Assembly: GCA_024137785.1 (NCBI GenBank)
Contig: JAHRHZ010000289.1
Location: 33,209,164-33,273,163, forward strand
Source: Ginglymostoma cirratum
Lineage: Eukaryota
DNA: 64,000 bases
Direction of reading: 5' to 3'
Each line of letters opens with the position of its first letter. Position 1 is the first letter of the stretch. The notes below the pieces were generated by a model. That model saw only the letters and a program-made list of their open reading frames with translations, was not told the origin of the DNA and made no database searches. Both the position numbers and the translations under genes were made by a program. Positions 49,805 to 61,689 of the stretch are shown here, piece by piece.

Positions 49805-50344
49805 TTAAACAAATTAACTGTTAGTCTTCATCTAACTGGTACAATCACCATGCTAATGCCTTGAGTAACCAGTTTTCACTCACCAACCAATCAGCGTTCT
49901 CTTCTCATACAATATAAAATGTTGTTCCTCTTTTCATTGGTATTCTTGCAAATGTCCTAGTGATTACAAGATGTGCTTGATAAAATGTGTTTGTACCAAC
50001 AATACTCAAATTCAGGATACACAAAAACCCCCAAGTCAAATGAGTGATATGTGAAAGCTACCAAGTAAAGGAAGGTGAAGTGCTTGTATGTACAATATCC
50101 AGAATGTTGTCTGAGTGGGAAAAATCCAAAGTAAGCATTTCAGGATTCTCTGCAAGTAGTCCGCACTGTTCTTGAGAGGCAGTCAAGATTATTAGCAATG
50201 TATTTCTCCGAAAGCAGTCAAAACAAGGCACAATAATATCATCATACTCTTTATAGGAAGTAAGTTGACAGGGAAACAAGTTTCAAGGATTTGATTTTAC
50301 AGTCAAAAATAAGCGTAGAAGAGAAATAAAAAATGATGAGACAA

Positions 50345-50695
50345 AAATGATTGCATTTATTTCGTGGCTTTGAAAACCTCAGGATTCTGCAAAGAACTGT
50401 ATAGGCTTTGAAATGTAGTTACAATTGTAATGTTAGAAATGAAAAGTCTCATTTGCAGACATCAAAGCCTCACAAAGTGTACTGTGATAATATCCTAATA
50501 GTTTAAATTGGCCATGTTAGTTGAAGGGTAAGGATTGGTTAGGATTCAGTTCATAGAAGAATTCAACTGTTCTTCTGCATAACAGTCCCTTGGCACTTTT
50601 TGTGTTCAACTAAGAGGGCAAAAGGAGCCTCAATTGAACATCCAAAAGACTGCACCTTTAACAGTACGACACACCCTCTGCACTGCTCTAAAATG
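50345..50695 (-). mobile_element. Deu-domain SINE (SacSINE1-like)
   Basis: Antisense L2-type tail (TTGCATTTAT..GCTTT..ACCTCAGGA), TTTGAA.TGTAGT.AC..TTGTAATG, and CAAAAGACTGCACCT..ACAGT...CAC.CCCTC.GCACTGC. Confidence 0.7.
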
Positions 50696-51194
50696 TACAA
50701 GAAGATACAGAAATGGTAAAATTACAGTAACGTAAAGAACTACAGAGTGAAAACTTCAGTTTTAATGAACAGATTTCAAAGTGTCTCAGCCTTATTGTCC
50801 TTGACCTAGGTTTCCAGTTGGTTGCAACGATAATTTGTCATGCTTAGTCAGATTATACGCACTGGTATGAACTGATAAACATTTGAATGGTAGTTTGGAA
50901 ACATCTTTCACCGTTAGTTAGAATAGAGTGTTTTATTATTGTCAAAGACTGTGATAAATAAAAATGAAGTTTCATTGTTCAACTCTTGTTATTCCATGAG
51001 CAATACCACAGCTGATTGTACAATATGTGTTTAAGTTTGAAGAAGTTATACATCTAACATCGGATATATTTTTCGTAATACAAAACAACATTCCTAAAAC
51101 TAAATGTCATGTCTTGACCTGGACCCCGAGACTTTTATAAGACAGGAATCAGGTAAAAGTCAGCATTATCAATATTTGCCAATGAAAAGCAGTA

Positions 51195-51358
51195 GAGTCA
51201 TAGATGCACAGAGATATACAGCTTGGAAACAGACCTTTCGTTCAACTCCTACATGCCGACCAGATACCCTATATAAATCTAGTCCCATTTGCCAGCAATT
51301 GGCCCCTATCCCTCTAAAGCCTTCCTTTTCATATACCCATCCAGATGCCTTTTAAATG
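51195..51358 (-). mobile_element. CR1 3' tail fragment
   Basis: Homologous to 35430-35595. Confidence 0.8.
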
Positions 51359-51687
51359 TTATTTCAGCCTGAGACTTTGGGGGTTCATGATCAGACTTTT
51401 CTAATGTAGGAAATTAACGATTTGTAGCATTTTTTTCTGATATCTTATTGAGTGTATCAAGTAGCAGCAGTTTAGATATGATACATCTGTTAATTATTAA
51501 AGAATACATATATAACTGTGACAATTGAGGTGATTCACTGAGACCAGAGGTCATGCAGGTTATTGGTGCAGAATGTGTTGGTCTTGTTAAAGTTGTGGGG
51601 CCAGCATCCTGCTCTCTAGCCAAGAAGTTAAGGGATTCTTCCTTGGGTTTTCTTCTAGCCCATGGTCCACTTGGAGAAAATAGTTCA

Positions 51688-51797
51688 TTGAGAACTGCCT
51701 GATGAGGACTGTTCAATAAGGATTCAATAAGGACTCCTGCCTGCGAGGACTATCAGATGAGAACTTCTCTTTGAGGACTGTCCAATGAGGTCCTCAA
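51688..51797. repeat. Degenerate ~14-bp tandem repeat (~8 units)
   Basis: TGAGAACTGCCTGA TGAGGACTGTTCAA TAAGGATTCAA TAAGGACTCCTGCCTG CGAGGACTATCAGA TGAGAACTTCTCTT TGAGGACTGTCCAA TGAGGTCCTC. Confidence 0.7.
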
Positions 51798-53429
51798 TAT
51801 CTATATGCTCCAGACCCAATAGGTGATTGATTGTAACGTGTTTCAGAAAAGGGTTCCTTCAGTTTTCCTCCAAAGAAATGTCACATACATCCAATTTATC
51901 CAGTTTGTGGAGAAGTCGAGACAAAGCATGATAATATTTTGACTGTACATTGCAGACTTCAACTAATGCAAAAATACGCAATCCGAACATAAATAGAAGA
52001 CAGTCAATTGTTTTGGCAAGAAATGCAACATACAAATAACTGACGGGGAAATTACACTAGCTTGCATTGTCATGTATTCAATACCTTTCTGATGGCAAGG
52101 TATGGAAACACGTATCAATATGAGTGATGCCATTCTCAGGGTACAAAACTTCAATTTGTTAGCATACACCACATATAGGTAGTGTTGAAACAGATTTGAG
52201 AGAAGCCAAATGCAAGTTACGCTTCAACGATTCTTCCTGATGGACAGAACCTTCCTCCTTCTGCCAAGTTTTCAGCAGAATTAAGTACTAACCCATACAA
52301 GTCACATTCTACTCTTAAATCTGCCACTAAGGGATACAAGTCCTTCAGTCATGCTGTTGGCTTTGTCATTTCCATACAGCTCCTGTTAACTAGTTAGAAA
52401 GGTGCAGGCAGAAAATCTGTGAGAAGGTTGTCTAGGGATTACCAACAATTGCTGTTGGCATGGATTGGAGAGCGAGGAGAGTGAATTTAATTGTGAGGCC
52501 AAATATGAGACACATACACATTTTCTCCGTGTTATTTGACAAGTTATGGATGCATCCATTAGCATGCCATACAATGCCATGTAGCTTGAAAAATTCAGTG
52601 ACAATACCTTTTAATGCAAAAGTTTGATAAAGGGACTATAACAGCGCCTGTGGAGAACACTTTTGTTTGGAGATAAATATCACTTCAAAGACACTGTTGA
52701 CTAGGATATGTGAAAACTCTCAAATGACATTGCATTTAAACCCAATAAATACGAACAAACAGTTTCTCAAGACAGTTACATGGAATGAAGTCAAAATGTA
52801 CAGTGCTCTATGGTACTTCCCCATAACAATATAACAAGCAAGTAAAATTTTTATTAAGTCGATAAAATTCATGTGATACAATCAGGAAATTCAGTGCAGT
52901 GAATTTATTAGTCCCTGTACAACAGAACATGCTATAAAGTGGTGCTTGTAACAATTGTCTGCTGACAGAATGTACTTTTTAAAATAAATTCCAGTGCAGA
53001 ACAAATGAAGAGCAAAAAAGACAGCAAGAAATCTGAACAATTTACTTGTGCACAGCTCAGCTTCACACAAATCCAGTCATTAACATCAGTTCTCATACAT
53101 GAAGCCACTGAGCCAGTGGAACGGAGAGCTCAGAGTTGGAAAGGATGTCAAATTTTGTGGTCAGTAGAGAAGTACTTCAGATTGATTCCAGGACCCATAC
53201 TAAGTATTGTTGCTCGCTAAAAAAGGGTCAAATCATTCTACTTGAAACCAGTGAAGAACTACAGACAAACATGCTTCATCGTGGAAAGCACACCACCTCG
53301 ATTGGGACAAATTCACTTCACCTATATTGCTACATGATTCTTTGGATTGCATTTTAAAAGCTTTCAATAGGAAATGTCTATTTCCATATACAATATAAAA
53401 AATCAACAGACAAGTTCGGTTAAAAAAAA

Positions 53430-53633
53430 GAAAAGAATCGTGGATGCTGGAAGTCAGAAACAAAAACTCAAATTGCTGGAAAGAGGCAGCGGGTATGGCA
53501 GCATCTGTGGAGAGAAATCAGAGTTAACATTTCAGATCCAGTGACACCTCTTCAGAACAGTTAACTCTAATTTCTCTCCACAGGTGCTGCCAGACCTGCT
53601 AACTTTTTCCAGCAATTTCTGATTTTGTTTCTG
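53430..53633. mobile_element. PLE family-C hairpin mini-element
   Basis: The tailed minus arm 53430-53558 runs through a decayed HHR (minus strand GTTCTGAAGAGGTGTCACTGGATCTGAAATGTTAAC). The plus arm 53560-53633 starts at GTTAACTC. Confidence 0.8.
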
Positions 53634-54680
53634 ATACAAATTTAGCAGCCTTCTACCAGATTAATAAAACCAATCCAGGAACTAACAATTAGCTTAAAAG
53701 ATAATAAATAATTACAGGACACTTAACAAGGATGATGGACAGCCATGTGAAGGTAAACAAGTCAAGGTGCAAAGCTTCATTTTTGCATGTCAAGTGGGCA
53801 GCAGCTAGGAATGTTTCAACTCAACAGAAAGGACAGGAAGAAGAGGCAAAGTCCCACATGACAGCTGAGGGGAAAGCAAGCTTCTGAGGCAGGGATGAGT
53901 TAGTGGTGATGTGAGGAACAGGCAGCGGAGGGAAAACAGTACTCGCAGAATGACATTGAATGCTAATCAACGGGAGTCTGTGATCAAGAGTCGAAGCACA
54001 AAACCAAGGAAGTTAACCTGAAAGAAAGCTCCCTCCACTTATCCAAACTGGAACTGGCCGGTATCAATAGGTTTAGCTTTTCTGGCCTCATTTTGATTGC
54101 AGTACCCTCAGATAGAATTACTCCAGGTTTACTGCCTGACCAATAAAAGAGCATTCCCAAATTCCAAAGGTGTGAGAGAAGATTTTCTCCAGCAATGCTT
54201 AAAGTTTTCCTTCAGAAGAAACAAACACTTGGGTTTTTGAAATCTTTTTGAATTGGGTCCAAACCCAAACTCTGAGAAAAAAAGTTTACAATCACCTTCT
54301 ACTCAGGCAAAACAGCTTGACTATTTGATGTTGTTTCGACTGCCTTATCATTAAACGAAGCCAATGACTAACTATGGAGAAACATCTCATCTTTACCTTG
54401 AATACCTAAAAATGACCATTGCACCTGTAAGAGATTTTACAATGTTTACCAGACATGAAGCTTGTGAAACTAATGTGAATTGCACCACATTATAATCTGT
54501 GGCTCGGACGCTCGGCAACTGAGTCAAAAACTTTTTGGCTCAAATCTCACGTCAGAGATTTGTGGTGGAAAAAATCACAACTGATACTCCAGTTCATTAC
54601 CAATTAAATGCTGCACTATCAGATTTGATGGTTTTTGAAGAGACCTTAAACCAAGGACCTCATCTGTGGAGAAAGACAGA

Positions 54681-54888
54681 AGTCACAAGACACCAGGTTA
54701 TAGTCCAACAGGTTTATTTGAAATCACCAAGCTTTTGGAGTGCTGCTCCTTCACCAGGTGAAGTCACCGGATGAAGGAGCAATGCTCTAAAAGCGTGATA
54801 ATTTCAAATAAGCCTGTTGGACTATAACCTGCTGTTGTGTGATTTCTGACTTTGTCCACCTCAGTCCAGTACTAACACCACCACATCA
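54681..54888. mobile_element. PLE family-B hairpin mini-element inserted into a family-C hairpin
   Basis: Arms ~54681-54761 (-) and 54764-54851 (+) meet at the HHR 5' ends (CCTTCACCAGGTGA-AG-TCACCGGATGAAGG), with the tail on the right. Duplicated target TGTGGAGAAAGA(AA)CAGA at 54665 and 54889. Confidence 0.85.
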
Positions 54889-55020
54889 TGTGGAGAAAGA
54901 AACAGAGTTAACATTGTGAGTCCATTATCTCTTCTTCAGAACTGTTCAGTTAAATATGTTTCTCTCTCCATAGATGCTGCCAGGCCTGATGAGTTTTTCC
55001 AGCACTTTCTGTTGTTATTA
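54889..55020. mobile_element. PLE family-C hairpin remnant (host of the family-B element)
   Basis: Minus arm through a decayed HHR (..TCTTCTTCAGAAC), then the plus arm GTTAAATATGTTTCTCTCTCCATAGATGCTGCCAG; same layout as 53430-53633. Confidence 0.75.
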
Positions 55021-55207
55021 TTCTTTTCTGCGATGTTGATTGAGGGAGAAATATTCATCAAGACACGAGGGATAACTTTACCATTCATTTTCTTTCTCTG
55101 CAAATGCAGCTAAGTATTTTGAGCATGTTCTGTTCTTATTTCAGATTTCTAGTATATGCAGTTATTTGCTTTTATCTTTGAAAGAAACAGTCTGTTATCA
55201 CTTGAAT

Positions 55208-55335
55208 GACCATAAGAAATAGGAACAGAAATAAGCTATTCAGCCTTTCCAGCCTCCTCTGTCAACCAACAGGATCATGGCTGAACGAACACTCCTCATG
55301 TCCACATTCCGCCATTTTCCTTGTTATCCTGTATG
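55208..55335 (-). mobile_element. CR1 3' UTR fragment
   Basis: GACCATAAGAAATAGGAACAGAA.TAAGC.ATTCAGCC..GATCATGGCTGA. Confidence 0.75.
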
Positions 55336-56329
55336 AGCTTTCTAAATGAAAATTAGATGAGTGTTTCCTATATTACAATAGTGATCACACTTCCAAAGTG
55401 TTCAATTGCCCATGAAGTGCAAAAAACACACACTATAAATGTCAAATCTTTCTTTCTTGACAATAGGTCTCCTCAAAATGCCTTATGTGTTAAAAACAAA
55501 TAGGAGCTATATTGCTGAAAAATGAAACTGCATAAATCATTCAGGAAAAATAAAGTATTGCATTCATGTCTCATTTTTAAACTATCATATATTTTATTAG
55601 AGAAATTTCATTTCAGTTCGACTAAAGCCATCTTCTTTGCTAACAAAGAACAGATTCCAAGGCATAGATGATTTTCCATGAATAGTAAATCACAAGACTA
55701 TATCTGTGACTTCTGTCCGATTTGGAGTCAGAGATCCAGTGGGTCTGACATGTTTGTCTGTGTATCAGATGAATGGCTTCCCAAAGCTGTACTCTATTGC
55801 TAGTTGATGACAGGGATAAGGACAGTAGAGGCCAGAATTAACAGTTCAAGGTTAACATGCAGTGAAGCTTTTAAGAAATGTGTCAGTCATTCAGAACCCT
55901 GGGAGTACTTAAGTCGTATCAGGAAATGTTAGCTGTGGGATGTTAAGCCATGTACTTCAGACTTCGGACTGTAAATAACAAGCACTGTAGTAGGAAAGTC
56001 AATTGGCATAAGTTGACAAAATGAGAATGGTGGATATGAAATGTGTGTGCCAATGTGTGCTACACACTAGTTTATGGAGCCACTCCATCAGTGACTATTG
56101 ATTCGGATTCTCCTAAGCACACACGTTGGTTTCTTAACTTTCAATCCATCCACTGCCTTTTATTCGTCACCCAGCTTGTCCAACATCCAGCAGTTTTGAA
56201 GGAACAACTTCATCCATTAATATTGAGAAGAATAATTAAAGGCACAGACTGTAGTCCCCACCCAACAGGATCAACCTCATCCCATTTTGTGGTCATGTCT
56301 GAGGCTAAACTAGACCTCTTCCAAATTTA

Positions 56330-58020
56330 GCATTTGCTTTGACCCAGAGATAAATTTCTGACCCCATGTTTTCCACCACCTTCACCCATCTGCTGCTGAA
56401 ACCCTCATCCATGCTTCTGTCACCTCTAGCTTTGGCTACGCATAAGATCACCCACCTCTACTCCCACAATTTCCTTTCCCTCTCCTGAATAAACTTCATC
56501 TCATCCAAAGCTCTGCTTCCAGTAGCCTAAATCATATATTGTCCTGTCCGCCAAACTCTTGCTTTCTGTCCGGCAACACCTTGATTTTAAATCCCGCTGG
56601 GTTCAGTGTTGGGGCCGCAGCTGTTCACCTTATATATTAATGATCTGGATGAAGGGACTGGGGGCATTCTGGCGAAGTTTGCCGATGATACAAAGTTGGG
56701 TGGACAGGCAGGTAGTACGGAGGAGGTGGGGAGGCTGCAGAATGATTTAGACAGTTTAGGAGAGTGGTCCAGGAAATGGCTGATGAAATTCAACGTGAGC
56801 AAATGCGAGGTCTTGCACTTTGGAAAAAAGAATACAGGCATAGACTATTTTCTGAACGGTGAGAAAATTCATAAAGCCGAAGTACAAAGGGATCTGAGAG
56901 TGCTAGTACACGATTCTCTAAAGGTTAACTTGCAGGTTGAATCCGTGATTAAGAAAGCGAATGGAATGTTGTCATTTATCTCAAGAGGGGTTGGAATATA
57001 AAAGCAGTGACGTGCTTCTGAGACTTTATAAAGCTCTAGTTAGGTCCCATTTAGAATACTGTGTCCAATTTTGGGCCCCACACCTCAGGAAGGACATACT
57101 GGCACTGGAGCGTGTCGAGCGGAGATTCACACGGATGATTCCTGGAATGGTAGGCCTAACATACGATGAACGGTTGAGGATCCTGGGATTGTATTCATTA
57201 GAGTTTAGAAGGTTGAGGGGAGATCTGATAGAAACTTACAAGATAATGCATGGCTTAGAAAGGGTGGACGCTGGGAAGTTGTTTCCGTTAGGTGGGGAGA
57301 CTAGGACCCGTGGGCACAGCCTTAGAATTAGAGGGGGTCAATTTAGAACGGAAATGAGGAGACATTTCTTCAGCCAGAGAGTGGTGGGCCTGTGGAATTC
57401 ATTGCCACAGAGCGCAGTGGAGGCCGGGACGTTGAATGTCTTCAAGGCAGAGATTGATAAATTCTTGATCTCGCAAGGAATCAAGGGCTATGGGGAGAGT
57501 GCGGGTAAGTGGAATTGAAATGCCCATCAGCCATGATTAAATGGTGGAGTGGACTGGATGGGCCGAATGGCCTTACTTCCACTCCTATGTCTTATGATCT
57601 TAAAATTCTTATTAATGCTTTCAAATGTATCCATGTCATCACACCACCAGACACTGGTACATCACCCTACAATCCCCCATCTGTTCTGTAACCTCTTTCA
57701 GCCTGACAACCTCTTTCAAGAACTCTGTGCCCCTCCATTTCTGATCTCTTATGCATCATTCAACTTAATTGGTTCACAATTGACACTCTGCTTTCAGTTG
57801 CTTAAGACTAAGCTTTGGAATTCCTGTCTTAAAGTTCTATGCTGCTTCACCTCTCTTCCTTCAGTGCCTTAAAACTTACCTCTTTGACCAAGCATTGGGT
57901 TAGCTGTCTGAATATCTCCTTGCAGGGCTCGGTCTCAGACCATGTTTGATAACACTCCTGTGAAGTGCTTTGAGATACTTTACTGTGTTAAAGACACTAT
58001 ATAAATTCAATTTTTTTTCT
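56330..58020 (+). mobile_element. L2 LINE 3' part, interrupted by a young CR1
   Basis: SAAETLIHASVTSSF.Y, KL.LIQSSA and DFK|ILI..FK..H motifs continue across the CR1; L2 tail CCTGTGAAGTGCTTTGAGA..GTTAAAG.C.CTATATAAAT at 57957-58005. Confidence 0.8.
56591..57598 (+). mobile_element. Young 5'-truncated CR1 LINE with TSD
   Basis: ORFs 56606-57001 and 56961-57518 (one frameshift near 56988) are near-identical to the 30927 ORF. TSD TGATTTTAAA (56582-91) / TGATCTTAAA (57595-604). Confidence 0.97.
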
Positions 58021-59429
58021 TGTAAAATAGAAATTAATGATCTGTATAAGCAATATTTTCTCTGAAAACAGTTATTTCCTCCCCACAATGGTAAGGGACT
58101 CAGGGGGTATGCCCTTGTCCCTTACCTAAGTGGCCGCTCTTTATTTCTCCATTTGGAGCGTCCTGGCAGGCTATTCAATCATGAACAAATAGGACAATGA
58201 GCAGACCTTGTTCTTATTGTACATTTACTTTTGGCATTTTGTTACCAGGGAAGAATGAAGAACAGAAACCCTCAAATGATTCTTGCTCTTCCTCCCTCAA
58301 TTTTTTTGAAACTGACTGTGGCGTTTTCATTGCCCCTTCAAATCATTTGTACAGCTCCCTAAAACTCAGCACCACAGTCCATTTTCTGCACTGATTTATT
58401 AACTGGAGTTGAGAAACATATTTGTTACAGGTTCCCAGATAATATTTCTGAGAAAGAGTCCACGGTTAATACGTTGAACTCAATTCAGAAAGCTTGTAGA
58501 ATACCACCCTGAAACGGGCTCTGATTAATTTTGACTCATCAGTGAGCACCAGACCTTTTTAAATGATTTTCTTCCTTTTAATGATTTTTGTTTGTCATGC
58601 ATCTCCCCTTCCCTTCCTCCTGCTGAAATTGCCTGGAGGTATACAACACTCAGCAGCACAGAAGGCCATTGGAAATGAACAGATGATACACATGCTTCAC
58701 AGTTCCTTCATTAATAACGCATTCATATATATAGAACTGCTTACCTACATAATAAACATTACGGAGGAATCACAAAGACAATATTACAAGGAGATTTTAC
58801 AATCTTTTATGTAGCTGTTTAAATTGAATTAGATGTGTGGGAGAGTGACCATTAATTTTTTAAAAATATAATTGCATGAGATGAGACAGTTAGGTGGCTG
58901 AGGTGGATAAGAAAGAAAGGAAAAATTTGCACAGTTATAAACCTCAAGAATGAAGATCAAGTGCTTTATGGCTGTCGATGAACACAGCAATCAAATTATA
59001 GATTAACTTATTCACAGATTTCCGATGTGTACGGCAAAGATAATAACAAAGAGATCAGGAAAAAAGACTTTGTAAGTTCAACATTAAACCTTCAGTGTGT
59101 TGCCCCGAACCTGGGACTCTACACAATTGTAACCGATACAGGAATGCCCTACGTAAGAATTGGAGTTAATTTCAGCCAAATATGAGGCTAAAAATAGATC
59201 TGTATGATTTTTGGATGCAGGTGCCATGATTTACAACCTGCCTATGTCTGTTAAGGTAAAGATAGACAGCATTCGAAGAGTACCTCGTTTACCTGATTGT
59301 AGCATTGAATTGAAAGCTGAGTTGCCGGATGACTTGGTGCAATGTGCCAATAGCATGTGCCGCAGACAAACTTCTCTTCTTGAAAACAGTGTGTTCCTCT
59401 TAAAGAAATTGAAGAAAGCTGTTGTTGAC

Positions 59430-59990
59430 TGAGTTCAAACGTAGGGATGTTGTATTGTAATTATACTTGGGCCTTGGTGAGTTCACGCCTGGAATATTGC
59501 ATGCAGTTTTGGTCTCCATATCTGAGAAAGAATACACTTGCTATAGACAGAGTGTGGAGGTTCACGAGGCTAATATCAGCAATGACAGGTCAATTGGGAC
59601 ACACTGGGTTGACTGAGCCTGTTTTCACTGGAGCTGAGAAGAATGAAAGAATCTGATTGAAAAGTATAAAATTTTAACAGGACTGGACAGACTAGATGCA
59701 GAGACGATATTTTCCCTGGTCAGGGAATCTAGAACCAGAGGGCATGGTGTCAGGACATCGGGTATACCATTTAAGACTGAGATGAGGAAACATTTTTCAT
59801 TCAAAGGATAGTACATTAGTGGAATTCTCTATCACAGAATGTTGTGGAGACCAAACCACTGAACGCATGAAAGAAATAAACTGATAATGTTTTAAACATT
59901 AAAGGCATCAAGAGAGAAAGCAGAAAACTGGCATTCAGATAGAGCATCAGTTATGATCATATTAAAATCTCTTGGTTCCTATGTTTCTAA
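59430..59990 (+). mobile_element. CR1 3' fragment
   Basis: ALVSSRLEYCMQFWSPYLRK, LIEKYKILTGLDRLD, SRTRGH and FKTEMRKHF motifs. Confidence 0.88.
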
Positions 59991-60024
59991 CATTATTGCT
60001 GCAAATCTAAACAAGAAAATTGGA

Positions 60025-60600
60025 ATTTCAGGGCAGAGAGAGGGTTACACATTCACAGATGTGCATTGGAAATTTCAGTAGTGGAGGAAGACGGGAGGAG
60101 AGATAAAGTGGTTCTATAGGTAGCTTGGAGGTATTCAAGGAACACGCTCAGACATGAGGGGGGTAAGTGGTCGGAAAGGGCAACTTCCAATATCTGATCT
60201 AACGACCTTAGAGCACTGCTGTAAGATGACCATTAACATCATGGAGATAGTCAAGGTCGATCGTGGTATCTTCCCATGTTGTTCAGCATAATACTCTCAG
60301 ATCACTCTCTCACCGAAGCTCTCTCTGGAACACAAAACTGAAACCTCACAGGCAGGAGTTACCCCATGTCACTCTCACATGCATTCCAATGTTTGGAGCA
60401 TTACACTCAGATTCCACCGTTGCACCCAGCTCTATTCATTCAGCTGTGGTAGACACACCACCCAAACATACTGCAACAGTTTTACAACAGTGGATTAAGG
60501 CCCCAAAATACCATTGACGTAGTTATTTTTAACTCCCAAACATCTATTTTTTTCAAATAAAAAAGAAAATGCCTGCTACAGCCAGGAATGTCTGCAGAAG
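60025..60600 (+). mobile_element. Second Harbinger Myb/SANT-type relic
   Basis: Frameshifted RERVT/FTDV/ALEISVVEEDGRRD (cf. RERAPRFSD.ALE.LV.EV..RR) and SNDLR, followed by a pyrimidine/CA-rich intron-like stretch as at 9180-9410. Confidence 0.45.
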
Positions 60601-61329
60601 TAGATTCAGTTGGAGTCCAGCAAGTGTCCTGTGTGAGACCCATGGAATGTCACATCTGTAGAGTGTCAGGGTAAGTTCAAATCAAGTGAGAAAGCCAGCA
60701 GGAAGATATAATGATAGGGGTGATTATCTCCCATTTCTCAGCAAAAAGTCACATCTTGCAGGATTATTGTGTTTTGGTCTTCCAGAAATGTACAAAAACA
60801 GGGTTAAAAACTGACAGCAAAGCTAGTCTGTGTGTGTTACTGGCCTGACATCCTGGTGTGAGCACAATTGTCCCATAAATGTCACAGCTCTGATAACAGA
60901 TCATTTAAACACCCGTACCCTTCAGATAAAGCAAAGGGAAAAGGCTTTCTCTCACTGCGCATGCTACCAGAAGACCGCTGTAGAAAGGAATCAGGACAAA
61001 ATTGCTTCAATCCACCAACAAAGCCAAGAATCTAAAAATCAACATTACAATTATCAAAGGCAACACTGCTGATAACCTCCAGTGCAACAGGGCAAAACAT
61101 TCAACAATATGATGTTCACTAACAATTTAGAGACCAATTCTTTTTAAATTGTTCTTGTCTTTCTGGACTCATCTCTTAGTTCTAATCTATGTGTAAGTAG
61201 CTGTATTTCTATTCACTTTTAATAGTAATTTATCAACTCACTCTTTTAGTTACTTAAAGGAAGCATGGTTAAATTGGCAGCTCAAAAAAAAAGAAATTGG
61301 TCATTTGGTTCTGGGACAAAGGCATCAAA

Positions 61330-61445
61330 GAACAGAAGAAGGGTCATTGGACCCAAAACATTAACTCTGATTTCTCTCCACACATGTTGCCAGACCTGCT
61401 GAGCTTTGCCGGCAATTTCTGTTTCTATTTCTAATTTTCACGTTT
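61330..61445 (+). mobile_element. PLE family-C tail beginning at a decayed HHR
   Basis: CAGAAGA-A-GGGTC(ATTG)GACCC-AAAAC-ATT-AACTC, then the family-C tail. Confidence 0.78.
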
Positions 61446-61689
61446 CTTGGTTATGTAGGCTAATGGAAATTTATTTGTCCCTATTCCTTTTCTAACTGGT
61501 TTGAGGCTCTCAGAATGGGAGAGGCTTTTACCTGCAACACAGGAGTAACTCTCCAACTGTAACCTTCATAATGTGCTATGCACAAATCAACAAAATACAC
61601 ATGACAGCATTCTGTCCCAGAACTCAACTTTCAACAGCTAAAAATCTCCATTCCTGGCAAAATCCTCAAAAAATCTTATCCTGCATGTG

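Larger units (their letters stand above)
48190..50010 (+). mobile_element. Degraded PLE, family D (RT thumb, GIY-YIG, 3' UTR)
   Basis: Decayed HPMLKF, STAVYQKPTF..QYM.WDSY..KIG.IGNL, EQQVKLAVSR.YY, D.LPI.QMSNVV.EF (GIY), GQHLLNNP..FKIV and LEA.Y..TQ.P.LC motifs. The 3' UTR has CCAATCAG and a decayed HHR-like TCTTGC..GTCCTAGTGATTACAAGA (49944-49971). Split by a family-A element and gap 2. Confidence 0.8.
54495..55457 (+). mobile_element. Deu-domain SINE split by PLE and CR1 insertions
   Basis: 5' part 54495-54662 (CTGAGTCA..CTGATACTCCAG..TGCTGCACT.TCAG..GAGAC.TTAAACCAAGG) and 3' part 55350-55457 (TTTCCTA.ATTACAA.AGTGA..ACACTT..CACTATAAATG..TCTTTCTTTC). Confidence 0.65.

Noticed and set aside
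51688-51797. CRISPR-like array, or a hammerhead at CCTGATGAGG
   Set aside because: Eukaryotic context, no unique spacers, and no GAAA core or helix II downstream.
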